A stretch of DNA of 64,000 bases from Dehalococcoidia bacterium. Lineage in GTDB: Bacteria > Chloroflexota > Dehalococcoidia > GIF9 > AB-539-J10. Position 1 is the first letter of the stretch; every line of letters starts with the position of its first letter. The translations under genes and the position numbers were made by a program. The notes below the pieces were generated by a model. That model was not told the DNA's origin and searched no databases. It worked only from the letters and a program-made list of their open reading frames with translations. Positions 42,804 through 52,268 of the stretch are shown piece by piece. The DNA lies in NCBI GenBank assembly GCA_030611085.1, contig JAUWQI010000003.1, positions 4,056-68,055 of the forward strand, in the 5' to 3' direction.

Positions 42804-43511
42804 TTATACCTCTAGCGTGCCAATGTGGTTACAAGTTTGACAATTACTCTTAAACCACTGACACATTTCCTCAGGTAGTCCGGTATTGATTACTTTCCCT
42901 GCGCACATTACCGACACCTCATCGGCTACACTCACTGCCTCCTCGCTATGCGTGATTAAGAGCACTGCGGAGCCTTGTTTACTCATTTCGGTTATCCCAT
43001 TCATAATATGGGGCAATGAGACTACATCTATGCCGGAATCGGGCTCATCTAATATAACTACTTTCGGCTTTATAGCCATGACAGAAGCAAGCTCCACCCT
43101 TTTCCTCTCACCTCCACTTAGACTCACATCAATGGCTCGGTTTAGATACTCTGTCGGGGGAAGTCCAACCATCCAGAGGTAATTTTCAATCTCACTTAAA
43201 CTCAAATCTCTATTTAAGTTCAGATATTCCTTTATGCTAAGCCCTTCAAACCTCGCCGGCTCCTGCCAAGCCAGGGTTATCCCCATTTTTGCTCTCTGTG
43301 AAATGGTGCACTGAGTGATATCTTGACCCTCAAATATTATGTTTCCCTCATCAGGATAACTTATCCCCATTATTAAGCTAGCCAGAGTTGTCTTTCCGGT
43401 TCCATTTACCCCCAACAAGCCATGTATCTTCCCTTCCTTTACTTCCAGATTCAACCCATCAATTACAGGCTTGCCATTTAGCGTTAGTTTGAGGTTCCTC
43501 ATTTCCAACAT
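42804..43511 (-). CDS. sufC: Fe-S cluster assembly ATPase SufC
   Basis: Walker A GVNGTGKTT, signature LSGGERKR, Walker B VILDEPDSGIDV, H-loop ITHS. Confidence 0.85.
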   Translation of the reverse strand: MLEMRNLKLTLNGKPVIDGLNLEVKEGKIHGLLGVNGTGKTTLASLIMGISYPDEGNIIFEGQDITQCTISQRAKMGITLAWQEPARFEGLSIKEYLNLNRDLSLSEIENYLWMVGLPPTEYLNRAIDVSLSGGERKRVELASVMAIKPKVVILDEPDSGIDVVSLPHIMNGITEMSKQGSAVLLITHSEEAVSVADEVSVMCAGKVINTGLPEEMCQWFKSNCQTCNHIGTLEV

Positions 43512-43608
43512 TTGTCTCGTCTCTCTTTAAGTTTGCTGCCGGTGCTTTAAAATTTAGTTAACATTCCTGACATAGCTTGCCTTTTACCTGCTGTTGTGTA
43601 AGGGGCGC

Positions 43609-44094
43609 CTAAGCAAAAGTTGCCCCAATCCAATCACCAACATAATATGTCACAACTATAACTACTACTGCAATAATCAAGTGCTCTGCAACTGCTTTCC
43701 AAGGTTTCCCTTTTTGTTTCTTAGCGATACTAAAACTGAGGATACTTAGCAGGGATAAGCCCCAAATTATGCTTACCACAATTGCTGTTGAAAGTTCAAA
43801 TAACAAGACTGGAATAATAAATGTTGATGCAAAAATAAACTTAGAGAAAAAGGTAGAAATTGTTGATTCCCATATTTCTTTTGCAGTATGTTTATTTTCA
43901 GATTCTTCAGAAATATGAATACCCAATGCATCTGAAATTGCATCTGCTATAGCTATTGTTAATATACCGCCAAGAACAGCGAGTTTTGAGTGGGTGCCAG
44001 AATATAAGCCAATCATTAGCCCAAGCGTTGTGATTATTCCAGAGGTTAGACCAAAACTAAATCCTACTTTCAGCGAATGTTTCATAATTAGCAA
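43609..44094 (-). CDS. VIT1/CCC1-related membrane protein (short form)
   Basis: 161 aa. GFSFGLTSGIITTLGLMIGL and AIADAISDALG motifs. Confidence 0.6.
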   Translation of the reverse strand: MLIMKHSLKVGFSFGLTSGIITTLGLMIGLYSGTHSKLAVLGGILTIAIADAISDALGIHISEESENKHTAKEIWESTISTFFSKFIFASTFIIPVLLFELSTAIVVSIIWGLSLLSILSFSIAKKQKGKPWKAVAEHLIIAVVVIVVTYYVGDWIGATFA

Positions 44095-44327
44095 AATCCC
44101 CTACAAGCAGTACAACTCGTGGCAGAGCATGTGCTGCAAGGGGAGCTTCCACCAATTGGGGCAGATACTTCTTCCACGCCTTTGGAGAAGGAAGCAAAAG
44201 AAGAGAATACTCGTTCAGCGTCATTATGGCAATAGGGGCAAAGAGCATTTTGGCTAGGCTGGCTTAAGGGGCGAAGCAATTCAAACTTAAGATTACACTG
44301 AGGACAAAAATATTCATAGATAGGCAT
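44088..44327 (-). CDS. FmdB-family zinc ribbon protein
   Basis: MPIYEYFCPQCNLKFE...CPYCH; start taken at this Met. Confidence 0.7.
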   Translation of the reverse strand: MPIYEYFCPQCNLKFELLRPLSQPSQNALCPYCHNDAERVFSSFASFSKGVEEVSAPIGGSSPCSTCSATSCTACRGFC

Positions 44328-44565
44328 TTTTACCTCCTTTCCCCTCCTCAAAGGCTTTTAAGAATGCTTCGGGGACTTGAGGAACATGGGTATCTGCCCA
44401 TCTTTTAAGGCAAGTAAAGGAGCAGAAATTATAGTGCTCAACCGCTCCTAGTCCTTTCCATTGAGAAACCGTGAGCCATCTGCTGAGTACCTCACAAGGT
44501 CGCTCTCCCGTGGCATACTCCAACCTTTTACCACAAGAATGGCAAATAAAAGTTGGCTGTCGCAT
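44314..44565 (-). CDS. hypothetical zinc-finger protein
   Basis: 83 aa. CHSCGK...CSFTC pairs. Confidence 0.5.
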   Translation of the reverse strand: MRQPTFICHSCGKRLEYATGERPCEVLSRWLTVSQWKGLGAVEHYNFCSFTCLKRWADTHVPQVPEAFLKAFEEGKGGKNAYL

Positions 44566-44573
44566 TTTAGTCC

Positions 44574-44792
44574 CTAAACAGCAATCACTTCCTTAACCTC
44601 AGGCACCTGTTCCTTAAGCACCTGCTTAATTCCGTGCTGCAAAGTCATAGCTGCCATAGGACAGCCACCACAAGCACCTGTCAGCCTCACTGTGACTACG
44701 CCTTCATTCACATCCACTAGCTGAATATCACCGCCGTCAGCCAGCAAAGCAGGTCTTATTTGAGCCAGGGCTACTTCTACCTTCTCTCGCAT
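44574..44792 (-). CDS. NifU C-terminal-domain (Nfu-type) Fe-S scaffold/carrier
   Basis: 72 aa. IRPALLADGGDIQLVDV..GVVTVRLTGACGGCPMA. Confidence 0.85.
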   Translation of the reverse strand: MREKVEVALAQIRPALLADGGDIQLVDVNEGVVTVRLTGACGGCPMAAMTLQHGIKQVLKEQVPEVKEVIAV

Positions 44793-44808
44793 TGTTCTAC
44801 CTCCTATA

Positions 44809-44914
44809 AGATCCTAAATTTGAATTTTTGTCATTCATTGGTGCTTTGATATTGTTTAGCATTTCGTATTTAGAGCTCAGGATTTATAGTCAATTGGGCA
44901 ACTACATTTTTAAA
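44809..44914. repeat. MITE-like family B partial copy 4 with family C arm
   Basis: Near-identical to the reverse complement of 4409-4500. Confidence 0.75.
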
Positions 44915-44937
44915 CAGCCTTAACTAGCCATCAGTCT

Positions 44938-45378
44938 TCAGCTAACTGCTGACCGCTGAATGCTCCACTTTTGTCTTTGCCGTTCAAGCAAATCCTGTAG
45001 AGTCGTGGATTCTAGTATGCTATTTATCGCCGTTTTCACCTCCACCCAGACATCATAGATTGCACAGAGAGCTGCTTGTGGATATGTCTCAGGGTCATCG
45101 ACACATTCTGTTGGAGCCATAGACCCCTCCGTAACCTGGATAATTTCGCTGAGCCTTATTTGGGAAGGTGGTTTAGCCAGAGTAAACCCGCCATGTGTTC
45201 CACGACTACTCTTTACCATCCCTGCCACTTTGAGTGAAATAAGTAAATGCTCCAAATATCGCCCAGAAATATGTTGCCTTCTAGCGATGTCTTTTACCAG
45301 GATAGGTCCATTCCCGTAGTGAAGGGCCAAATCAAGCATTGCCATCGTTCCATAGCGTCCTTTGGTAGAGATTCTCAT
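44938..45378 (-). CDS. Rrf2 family transcriptional regulator
   Basis: MRISTKGRYGTMAMLDLA...ISGRYLEHLL..L..AGMVKSSRGTHGGF. Confidence 0.85.
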   Translation of the reverse strand: MRISTKGRYGTMAMLDLALHYGNGPILVKDIARRQHISGRYLEHLLISLKVAGMVKSSRGTHGGFTLAKPPSQIRLSEIIQVTEGSMAPTECVDDPETYPQAALCAIYDVWVEVKTAINSILESTTLQDLLERQRQKWSIQRSAVS

Positions 45379-45461
45379 AGTTCCTATTCCTTTATCATAA
45401 AGTTCATCATAATGATGATATAGTATGGGCTAAGAATTATCAACTGAGCTAGGCTTGTGGT

Positions 45462-45794
45462 TCAGGGCCTACATGTTTCTTCGCTCTTTACTGTAGCTGG
45501 AGGGGAGTAATGTGTATCCATAGTGATAGCTTTTCTGGGGCAAGCTTCAACACAAGTGGCACAATAGATGCAGGCGAAAGGATTATATTTAAGAGTTTTG
45601 GCCTCTTTATCCACGACTATAGCATTTGAAGGGCAAAGTTGGGCACAAGCACTGCAGAGATTGCATTTCTCCATATCGAAATGGAGTTTTCCTCTATATC
45701 CCGAGAAAGGCTCCCTTATATCTTTGAAAGGGTAACGCCTTGTGACAGGTCTAGAGAATAAATTTTTCCAAATTGTGGGCAACATCCAGGGCAT
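45462..45794 (-). CDS. echF: Ech hydrogenase 2x[4Fe-4S] ferredoxin subunit (NuoI-like)
   Basis: 110 aa. CNLCSACAQLCP and CIYCATCVEACP. Confidence 0.8.
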   Translation of the reverse strand: MPWMLPTIWKNLFSRPVTRRYPFKDIREPFSGYRGKLHFDMEKCNLCSACAQLCPSNAIVVDKEAKTLKYNPFACIYCATCVEACPRKAITMDTHYSPPATVKSEETCRP

Positions 45795-45800
45795 ATCTAA

Positions 45801-46883
45801 TCACCTCTCAGTGCAAGCAATGCAAGGGTCGATGGAAAGGGTTATCACTGGTACATCGGCTAACTCGCAACCGGGGAGCATAGTTAGAAGAGGAGGTATG
45901 TTAGCGAATGTGGGAGTTCTTACCCGCAACCTGTCCAAATTGCGGGTACCATTTCCTTTAATATAGTAAACCACCTCTCCTCTCGGCTGTTCTGCTCTGT
46001 GAATCATCTCTCCTTCAGGAGGGTTACCCCTCACCGTAACGGATATATCCCCCTCAGGCATAAGCGATAAAGCCTTTAAGATAAGCTCTCTGGACTGGTA
46101 TATCTCTCTGAGCCTGACTATGGTTCGAGCGTAACAATCTCCGTCGCTTTCCACTATGGGCTCAAAACCAGTTTCCTTATAGGCAGCATAGCCAGTTTGC
46201 CTTATATCTAAAGGAACACCACTTCCCCTCAGAATAGGACCAACAGCTCCCAAGAGATTGGCTTGCTCCTTGGATAGCATCCCTTTGCCTACGGTGCGAC
46301 GCTTTATAGTAGGGTCATTATACACGGTGGGGGAAACAGTATTATCCATAAGCTCTTTAAAATCGCTAAGCTTGTGCTCTACCTCTTTAGCCATCTCCTT
46401 ATCTATATCTCTCCTTATGCCACCGATTATGGAAGTAGATTGGATTATCCTATGGCCGGCAGTCATCTCAGAGATATCCAAAATAATCTCCCTGGCTCTC
46501 CAGCATTGCATGAAGAGGCTTTCAAAGCCCATGGCATCAGCAAAAAGTCCTAGCCAAAGGAGATGTGAATGTATTCGGGAAAGCTCACTCCAACAAAGAC
46601 GAATGAACCTAGCCCTTGGCGGAACTTCAACCTGCATTAGTTTCTCTACTGCCTCGCAGTAGCATAAGGCGTGAGTGAAACTACAAATGCCACAGATTCT
46701 TTCAACAAGAAAAACATTGTTGCGGAAAGGATTAAGTTCGCCAGCTTTCTCAATCCCCCTATAAATATAGCCTATGATGGGAGTGACACCAACCACTGTT
46801 TCATCCTCCAATTCAAGCTTCAGGTGGATGGGTTCGGGTAACACCGGATGCTGGGGACCAAATGGTATGACCGTTCTGGCTAT
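45801..46883 (-). CDS. echE: [NiFe] hydrogenase group 4 large subunit (NuoD-like)
   Basis: RICGICSFTH N-terminal and DPCIACTER C-terminal Ni-binding motifs. The conserved IPFGPQHP lies upstream of the track GTG, so the start was extended to ATA 46883-46881 (see finding). Confidence 0.8.
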   Translation of the reverse strand: MARTVIPFGPQHPVLPEPIHLKLELEDETVVGVTPIIGYIYRGIEKAGELNPFRNNVFLVERICGICSFTHALCYCEAVEKLMQVEVPPRARFIRLCWSELSRIHSHLLWLGLFADAMGFESLFMQCWRAREIILDISEMTAGHRIIQSTSIIGGIRRDIDKEMAKEVEHKLSDFKELMDNTVSPTVYNDPTIKRRTVGKGMLSKEQANLLGAVGPILRGSGVPLDIRQTGYAAYKETGFEPIVESDGDCYARTIVRLREIYQSRELILKALSLMPEGDISVTVRGNPPEGEMIHRAEQPRGEVVYYIKGNGTRNLDRLRVRTPTFANIPPLLTMLPGCELADVPVITLSIDPCIACTER

Positions 46884-47257
46884 GGTGACACCTCCTCTTT
46901 TTTCTCTTTAGTAAGCATAAATTCAGGGCTCTCTTTTGCTCGTAAGAACCTCTTTTTAAAGTCAATAGCAAGGCCGATTATTTTTATATCAAAGTGATCC
47001 TGCATCTCATTTTCACATAAGGTAGCAGCAAGGTAGATGTTGGATATGCTGGGCAAGGTGTCTTCTTTGTTTATCCTAACTTTGATATGCTTGGTGAAAT
47101 CTACACTATCCTCAAGCTGGAAATGGTGGATAATCTCAAATTTATCACCTAAGTCAAGGCAGGTTGAACTGCAATATCTAGCTTTCTGTGCCAGCAAATT
47201 TTGCACTTCAGGAATAAGTTCAGCCTTATCTACTACAACTTCCTTTTCCAAGCTCAT
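46880..47257 (-). CDS. echD: Ech hydrogenase small NuoC-like subunit
   Basis: 125 aa at the position between the NuoB-like and NuoD-like genes. Overlaps both neighbours by 4 nt. Confidence 0.65.
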   Translation of the reverse strand: MSLEKEVVVDKAELIPEVQNLLAQKARYCSSTCLDLGDKFEIIHHFQLEDSVDFTKHIKVRINKEDTLPSISNIYLAATLCENEMQDHFDIKIIGLAIDFKKRFLRAKESPEFMLTKEKKEEVSP

Positions 47258-47694
47258 CCTTTATACTCCTTAAGTTTTCCTAAAGCTATCACTACGGCAT
47301 CGATGATAGCCTCGGGTCTAACAGCACAACCAGGAATGTATACATCGACAGGTATAATCTTGTCTATACCACCTAAGGTGTTAGGGCAGTTATAGAATAT
47401 GCCGCCGGTGCAGGCACAGGTACCCACCGCTATCACAAGTTTGGGTTCGGGCATCTGCTCATATAGGTTACGCAATACACGCTTGTTACGGTGGTTAACT
47501 GGGCCAGTGACGAGGAGAACATCGGCGTGTTTGGGATTGCCTATATTGACGATGCCAAATCTCTCTATGTCGTAAATTGGAGTGAGAGCAGCAAGCACCT
47601 CTATATCGCAGCCATTGCAGCCACCACAATCATAGTGTAACAGCCAGGGTGATTTTATGCGTGACTTAGTTAAAATGCTCATAAGATTCTTCAC
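47254..47694 (-). CDS. echC: [NiFe] hydrogenase group 4 small subunit (NuoB-like)
   Basis: 146 aa. CGGCNGCDIE, GTCACTGG and IPGCAVRPE. Confidence 0.85.
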   Translation of the reverse strand: MKNLMSILTKSRIKSPWLLHYDCGGCNGCDIEVLAALTPIYDIERFGIVNIGNPKHADVLLVTGPVNHRNKRVLRNLYEQMPEPKLVIAVGTCACTGGIFYNCPNTLGGIDKIIPVDVYIPGCAVRPEAIIDAVVIALGKLKEYKG

Positions 47695-47715
47695 TCCGTT
47701 CAGAATGACATGTTT

Positions 47716-48585
47716 TTACATCCAACCTAAATTAACAACCAATATATTTAAAGCTATCAAGCTTATCCCAACGCCCCAAGCAAATTTTACCATCCAGGAC
47801 CAGGTGAGACGGGTGCAAATATTATCTGTGATTAATAGAATAAACCAAATAGCCAAAGGTGTAAGTATTGATAGCCACCATAAGCTGCCTACTATCCAGA
47901 AGAGCCCTAGAATAGCGAGGAGCAAAACAAGCTCATACCAATGTGCTAACTCTATTATGGCTAAGTAAGGACCGGAATATTCGGTGAGCACACCTCTGAC
48001 TATCTCCTGATGGGCGTGTTCGGAACTGGATATATCGAAGGGGGATTTCTTCATAACGATATCTAGAACTATAACTAGGGCAATGAAGGTTAACCATAAA
48101 TTGGGGAGGAGTGGCTGACCATACTCGAATATATTTGTGATAGGGAAGCCTCCTGTCTTTAAGGCTATAGGTATTACTGCCAACAGCAGAATGGGTTCAT
48201 AAGCAAGCATCTGTAAAAGCTCTCGATGACCTCCAAGCTGGCTATAGGGTGACTTTACGCTCAAAGCTCCAAGGACAAGGCAGACGCCGGCAAATCCGAG
48301 GATGAAGAGCACTACCAGTAAGTCTTGCCTTAGGGCGAAAAATACTACAGCAGTGATAATTAAGAAAAGATATCCCCAGGCGAAAACAAGCTGTGGCTTG
48401 CCTGCAACCATCGGTTTCTTCCCAAAAAGCTTTATCAGGTCATAGAAATTCTGAATTATCGGTGGCCCTATCCTCCCCTGCATGTGGGCGGTTAGTTTGC
48501 GGTCAATACCTCGAAGTAAGCCGCCAATTAAAGGTGCTACTATAACAGCGATTACAACACTCCCTACTAACCAACCTGTACTCAT
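47716..48585 (-). CDS. echB: Ech hydrogenase membrane subunit (NuoH/HycD-like)
   Basis: 289 aa, polytopic. RKLTAHMQGRIGPP and PFDISSSEHAHQEIV motifs. Confidence 0.8.
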   Translation of the reverse strand: MSTGWLVGSVVIAVIVAPLIGGLLRGIDRKLTAHMQGRIGPPIIQNFYDLIKLFGKKPMVAGKPQLVFAWGYLFLIITAVVFFALRQDLLVVLFILGFAGVCLVLGALSVKSPYSQLGGHRELLQMLAYEPILLLAVIPIALKTGGFPITNIFEYGQPLLPNLWLTFIALVIVLDIVMKKSPFDISSSEHAHQEIVRGVLTEYSGPYLAIIELAHWYELVLLLAILGLFWIVGSLWWLSILTPLAIWFILLITDNICTRLTWSWMVKFAWGVGISLIALNILVVNLGWM

Positions 48586-48587
48586 AT

Positions 48588-48626
48588 TTCACCCTCACCG
48601 TAATCCTCTCCCTTCAAGGGAGAGGA
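48588..48626. repeat. family D palindromic repeat (tcctctcccttcaagggagagga core)
   Basis: Inverted copy at 57926-57972. This repeat supplies the last codons and the stop of echA. Confidence 0.75.
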
Positions 48627-50578
48627 AAAACTGAGATAGCAAATAGAACTATAAGGAACACAATTCCTATGGGGATAACAAATCTATTTAGATTCTTCTC
48701 TCCCAAGGCAGTTTCAACATAGAAACCACCTGTTTTGAGCGGGGTCCTTTCGTCGGCTACAGCGACAAACTCATCCGCTCCCATCTCCACATTTTCACCA
48801 CACATATAAGCAGCCTGGCTTTCCTCTGGTTTTGTCCTGATTCTAAGAGAGGGAATAATTAGAGCTAGTGCCACCACTACGAAAATCGGCCAGGCAGCAA
48901 AGATACCTATGGGAGATTTTAAGAACCAATGGCCTGTGGTAAAGGCTACGCCATAGCCAGCTTCAGCTAATGCTGGAGCTACAACACCATTATATATCGG
49001 GGTAATGAGGATACTAAATACCACAGCACAGGCGATAAGTAGTATTAAAACGCCATGATAAAGTGGAATAATAGGCTCTGGCTTTCTCGGTCCAGGCAAG
49101 GGACTATGGCACAAAAGCCTACCTGCCCACTTTGTCCAGAAAACGGTGGTGGCTCCCGAGCCAGCCATAAGCAATATAACCACAAGAGTTGACCATACAC
49201 CGATTCCAGATGCTGCCTCCATGGCTCCCCATTTGGTGATAAGAACACCAAATGGAGCTACAAGCATGGAAAGCATCCCAGCAATTGTTATGCCAGCTAA
49301 AATCGGCAATCTAGCGGCTAATCCTTCCATATCCTCTATGTTTCGACTCCAAATATGGCTTTCGATAGCGCCGGCACACAAGAAAAGAAGGCCCTTGGAT
49401 ATGGCATGGAAGATTATAAGCATGATGCCACAAGCTATAGCTAATGGGGTATTTATGCCAGCACAGAGTATAATCAGGCCCAGATTACCTATAGTAGAAT
49501 AGGCTAAGACTCTCTTGCCCTCGCTCTGGCTTATGGCTAATATGGAGGTGACCAGGAAAACCGTGCCACCATAAACAGCCACAAAGGTGGAGAGGTTGGT
49601 TCCCTGGAAGCCAGGGGCTATCCGCAGCAGAAGGTAAACTCCAGCATTAACCATGGTGCTGGAGTGGAGCAAGGCGGAAACGGGTGTGGGAGCTACCATA
49701 GCTCCGAGTAACCAGCCCTGAATGGGAACCTGGGCTGACTTGGTGAAACCAGCAAGACATAGCAAAGCTAAAGGCAAAAGAAGAACAGGGCAGGCTACAG
49801 CGCCACTCTCGATAATGGTCATAAGCGAAAGTGTATGAAGTGGGCTATTCCAGGCAAAGATAATGGCTAAAGTGAAGCCAACTCCACCAATCAAACACAT
49901 CCATAAGGCACGAAAAGCATTAGTTATTGCTATAGGAGTTTCATCATGACGAATCAAGGCATAGCAGCATAGCGTAGTCATTTCCCAGAAGAACGCTAGC
50001 CACAGAAGGTTATTGGAGAAGACCAACCCGTTCATAGCACCAAGGAAGATAAGCATAAAGAAGAAAAACCTGGGCTGATTTGTCTTCTCCACATGAAGGT
50101 GCTCTTCATGGTCTTTCATATACCTTATGGCATAAACGCAGATAAGCGAGCCTATGATAGAGATGATGAGACACATGACTATAGATAGATGGTCAATATA
50201 CAGAGTGGGCTCAGCTTCGAGTGGCAAATATCCTGCCTTGGAGAATTCAAAAACTGCCAGAGGAATACCAGAAGCAAGAGTCAAAATTATAGCAAGGACA
50301 TTGTGTCGGGACATACCTCGTTGGATAAAATCCCTGATAGCAACAAAGAGAAAGTATGCCAATATTACATAATCCAAGACTAAAATGACCCAATCCCATG
50401 TGGGGGGAGGAGAATACGGGAAAGAACCTTGTCTCAGAAAGAGGATAGATGTGACTATAAGAACTAGAGTGGTGAGGGAAACAACGCCAGCTCTTGCCTT
50501 ATGGTTTTTAATCCCAAGACAAATAACACCAGTAAGGATGGGGAACCCTATAGCTAGAGCAAGTAAAATAGCTACCAT
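48614..50578 (-). CDS. echA: Ech hydrogenase antiporter-like membrane subunit (NuoL/HyfB-like)
   Basis: 654 aa, about 16 TM helices. LHSSTMVNAGVYLL and AYSTIGNLG motifs. Confidence 0.8.
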   Translation of the reverse strand: MVAILLALAIGFPILTGVICLGIKNHKARAGVVSLTTLVLIVTSILFLRQGSFPYSPPPTWDWVILVLDYVILAYFLFVAIRDFIQRGMSRHNVLAIILTLASGIPLAVFEFSKAGYLPLEAEPTLYIDHLSIVMCLIISIIGSLICVYAIRYMKDHEEHLHVEKTNQPRFFFFMLIFLGAMNGLVFSNNLLWLAFFWEMTTLCCYALIRHDETPIAITNAFRALWMCLIGGVGFTLAIIFAWNSPLHTLSLMTIIESGAVACPVLLLPLALLCLAGFTKSAQVPIQGWLLGAMVAPTPVSALLHSSTMVNAGVYLLLRIAPGFQGTNLSTFVAVYGGTVFLVTSILAISQSEGKRVLAYSTIGNLGLIILCAGINTPLAIACGIMLIIFHAISKGLLFLCAGAIESHIWSRNIEDMEGLAARLPILAGITIAGMLSMLVAPFGVLITKWGAMEAASGIGVWSTLVVILLMAGSGATTVFWTKWAGRLLCHSPLPGPRKPEPIIPLYHGVLILLIACAVVFSILITPIYNGVVAPALAEAGYGVAFTTGHWFLKSPIGIFAAWPIFVVVALALIIPSLRIRTKPEESQAAYMCGENVEMGADEFVAVADERTPLKTGGFYVETALGEKNLNRFVIPIGIVFLIVLFAISVFPLP

Positions 50579-50588
50579 CGTATAATTT

Positions 50589-51443
50589 TTAATTTTCCGA
50601 GCTGGGTTCGGTAGCTATCCACCCTGGTTCGTACCCAGCTTCATGTGCTTGTCTGTCCATATCAAGGGTAAGAACACGCTCCACAGGGAATAATACCTCA
50701 CCTTCGGCGTGGCGTAAGTCCATAGCCTTAATATATTTGTGACATTGCTCGCAAGTATAAAGGCGGTATAACTCACTTCCGTTGGTGAGATAAGCCAGAG
50801 AGTCCTGGTCTCGATTACCACAGAAGGGGCACTCAAGCCGGAAGAAGAGCCACTCGGTATCGCAATGGGAGCATACTAGCCATCTAGCTCCGTTATCCTT
50901 GCTAAGGAAGGCTAAATCTGGTTTGCCTCCACAGATAGGGCAGGTTCTCTGACGCCAGGAGTCCTGGATTATTAAAGGAGACAGTGCCTCTGAGTACCTA
51001 ATTAAGATGGGATGAACCGCGGCTTGGAAGCAGAGAGAAAGCATTTCCCAATCAATGCCTATTTCATCTGCAATACTGTGCAGTGTGGAGTATTGGTACC
51101 AAGCTTTAGCTCCCCTTTTTATAATCGAAGGCTGGGCGATAAGTTTCTTCAATGCAAGGTTGGTGTCAGGTGAGTATTCAGCGATTATTGAGCTTGTTTG
51201 CTGGAGTAATTTCTCCAATGGTTCCCAGCCAGGAAGCAAATCTTCAAGTTGGAGGGTATGGTTAGCCTGGGAAAACTTCTTGACAATCTCCTCGATATGT
51301 GAGTTCAGGGTGGGCAAATGTGAATCTTCTACCTTGAGCCCGAGCAACCTTCGATAAAGCTCCATATATGGGTGCTGCCATTTTTCTAGCTGCTCTATTG
51401 TTTTATTATCCGCCTGTATAGTCATTTTAAATTTAGTTGCCAA
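50589..51443 (-). CDS. fdhE: formate dehydrogenase accessory protein FdhE
   Basis: Four Cys pairs: CPICGG, CSHCDTEW, CPFCGN and CEQCHKYIK. Only 10 nt upstream of echA. Confidence 0.8.
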   Translation of the reverse strand: MATKFKMTIQADNKTIEQLEKWQHPYMELYRRLLGLKVEDSHLPTLNSHIEEIVKKFSQANHTLQLEDLLPGWEPLEKLLQQTSSIIAEYSPDTNLALKKLIAQPSIIKRGAKAWYQYSTLHSIADEIGIDWEMLSLCFQAAVHPILIRYSEALSPLIIQDSWRQRTCPICGGKPDLAFLSKDNGARWLVCSHCDTEWLFFRLECPFCGNRDQDSLAYLTNGSELYRLYTCEQCHKYIKAMDLRHAEGEVLFPVERVLTLDMDRQAHEAGYEPGWIATEPSSEN

Positions 51444-51533
51444 GCTATACGCGTTATTTTGAGAAAAGTGAAAAACCCCATTTTCTCGCTAATTACTCAG
51501 GAGAACTAAACAGCTATACTTTTCAGTGTTTTA

Positions 51534-52268
51534 TCACTTGGAGATTTCCTCATACCATTTGCCGTAGTGGTTTTTAGCGTATTCCTCAGATACTTTGCCA
51601 GTTATTATAGAGCGAAGGGATTCGCTCATCCTCGGATGTATGGTGCCCAAGATAGCATGCACGATGAGCATACATCCACCAATGATAAAGGCGAGGGCAT
51701 GAGTGAAAAGACTCCACTGGAAGACACCTGGGGCTACAGCACCCTTGGCAAAGCACAAAATCGCTCCAGTTACGAAAAGGATTACGCCGCAGATAATAGT
51801 AGTGAGTTGCCATATTTTCTGCCCTGGGTTTATATGTTCTTGAGGAGGCATTTTGCTCTCATCACCGCCAGTGTAATAATCGATAGCCGCTCTTAGCCAG
51901 CCCAGGTATTCTCTCTTCCAGGTAAAGGATTCCTTTATATAGGATAAGCTGTTTTTTCGATAGGTGACGAAGTAGAGCACTAGAACGGTCCCAAAAACAT
52001 AGGCACAAACTCGGTGAGTGATGCGAGTCCAACATGCTAAGCCAGCTACTCCCCAACCGGGAACAAATAATATCAAGCCTGTTACACCTAGCAATACAAC
52101 CAATATTGCTACTGTCCAGTGAAAGGTTCTCGCCGGCAAGCTAAAGCGCATAACGCCGGGTCTGCCAGGGTCATCGAAGAGGATATCATGAATGAAAGTT
52201 CCTATAATATCTCCAATGGTGCCGAAAATGGATGCTATAAGACCCTGTTCTTTCTTATTCTTTTCCAT
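51534..52268 (-). CDS. formate dehydrogenase cytochrome b (gamma) subunit-like
   Basis: Four TM helices with conserved His (FHWTVA, THRVCAY, THALAF, VHAILG). Start uncertain (track gives 52286). Confidence 0.6.
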   Translation of the reverse strand: MEKNKKEQGLIASIFGTIGDIIGTFIHDILFDDPGRPGVMRFSLPARTFHWTVAILVVLLGVTGLILFVPGWGVAGLACWTRITHRVCAYVFGTVLVLYFVTYRKNSLSYIKESFTWKREYLGWLRAAIDYYTGGDESKMPPQEHINPGQKIWQLTTIICGVILFVTGAILCFAKGAVAPGVFQWSLFTHALAFIIGGCMLIVHAILGTIHPRMSESLRSIITGKVSEEYAKNHYGKWYEEISK

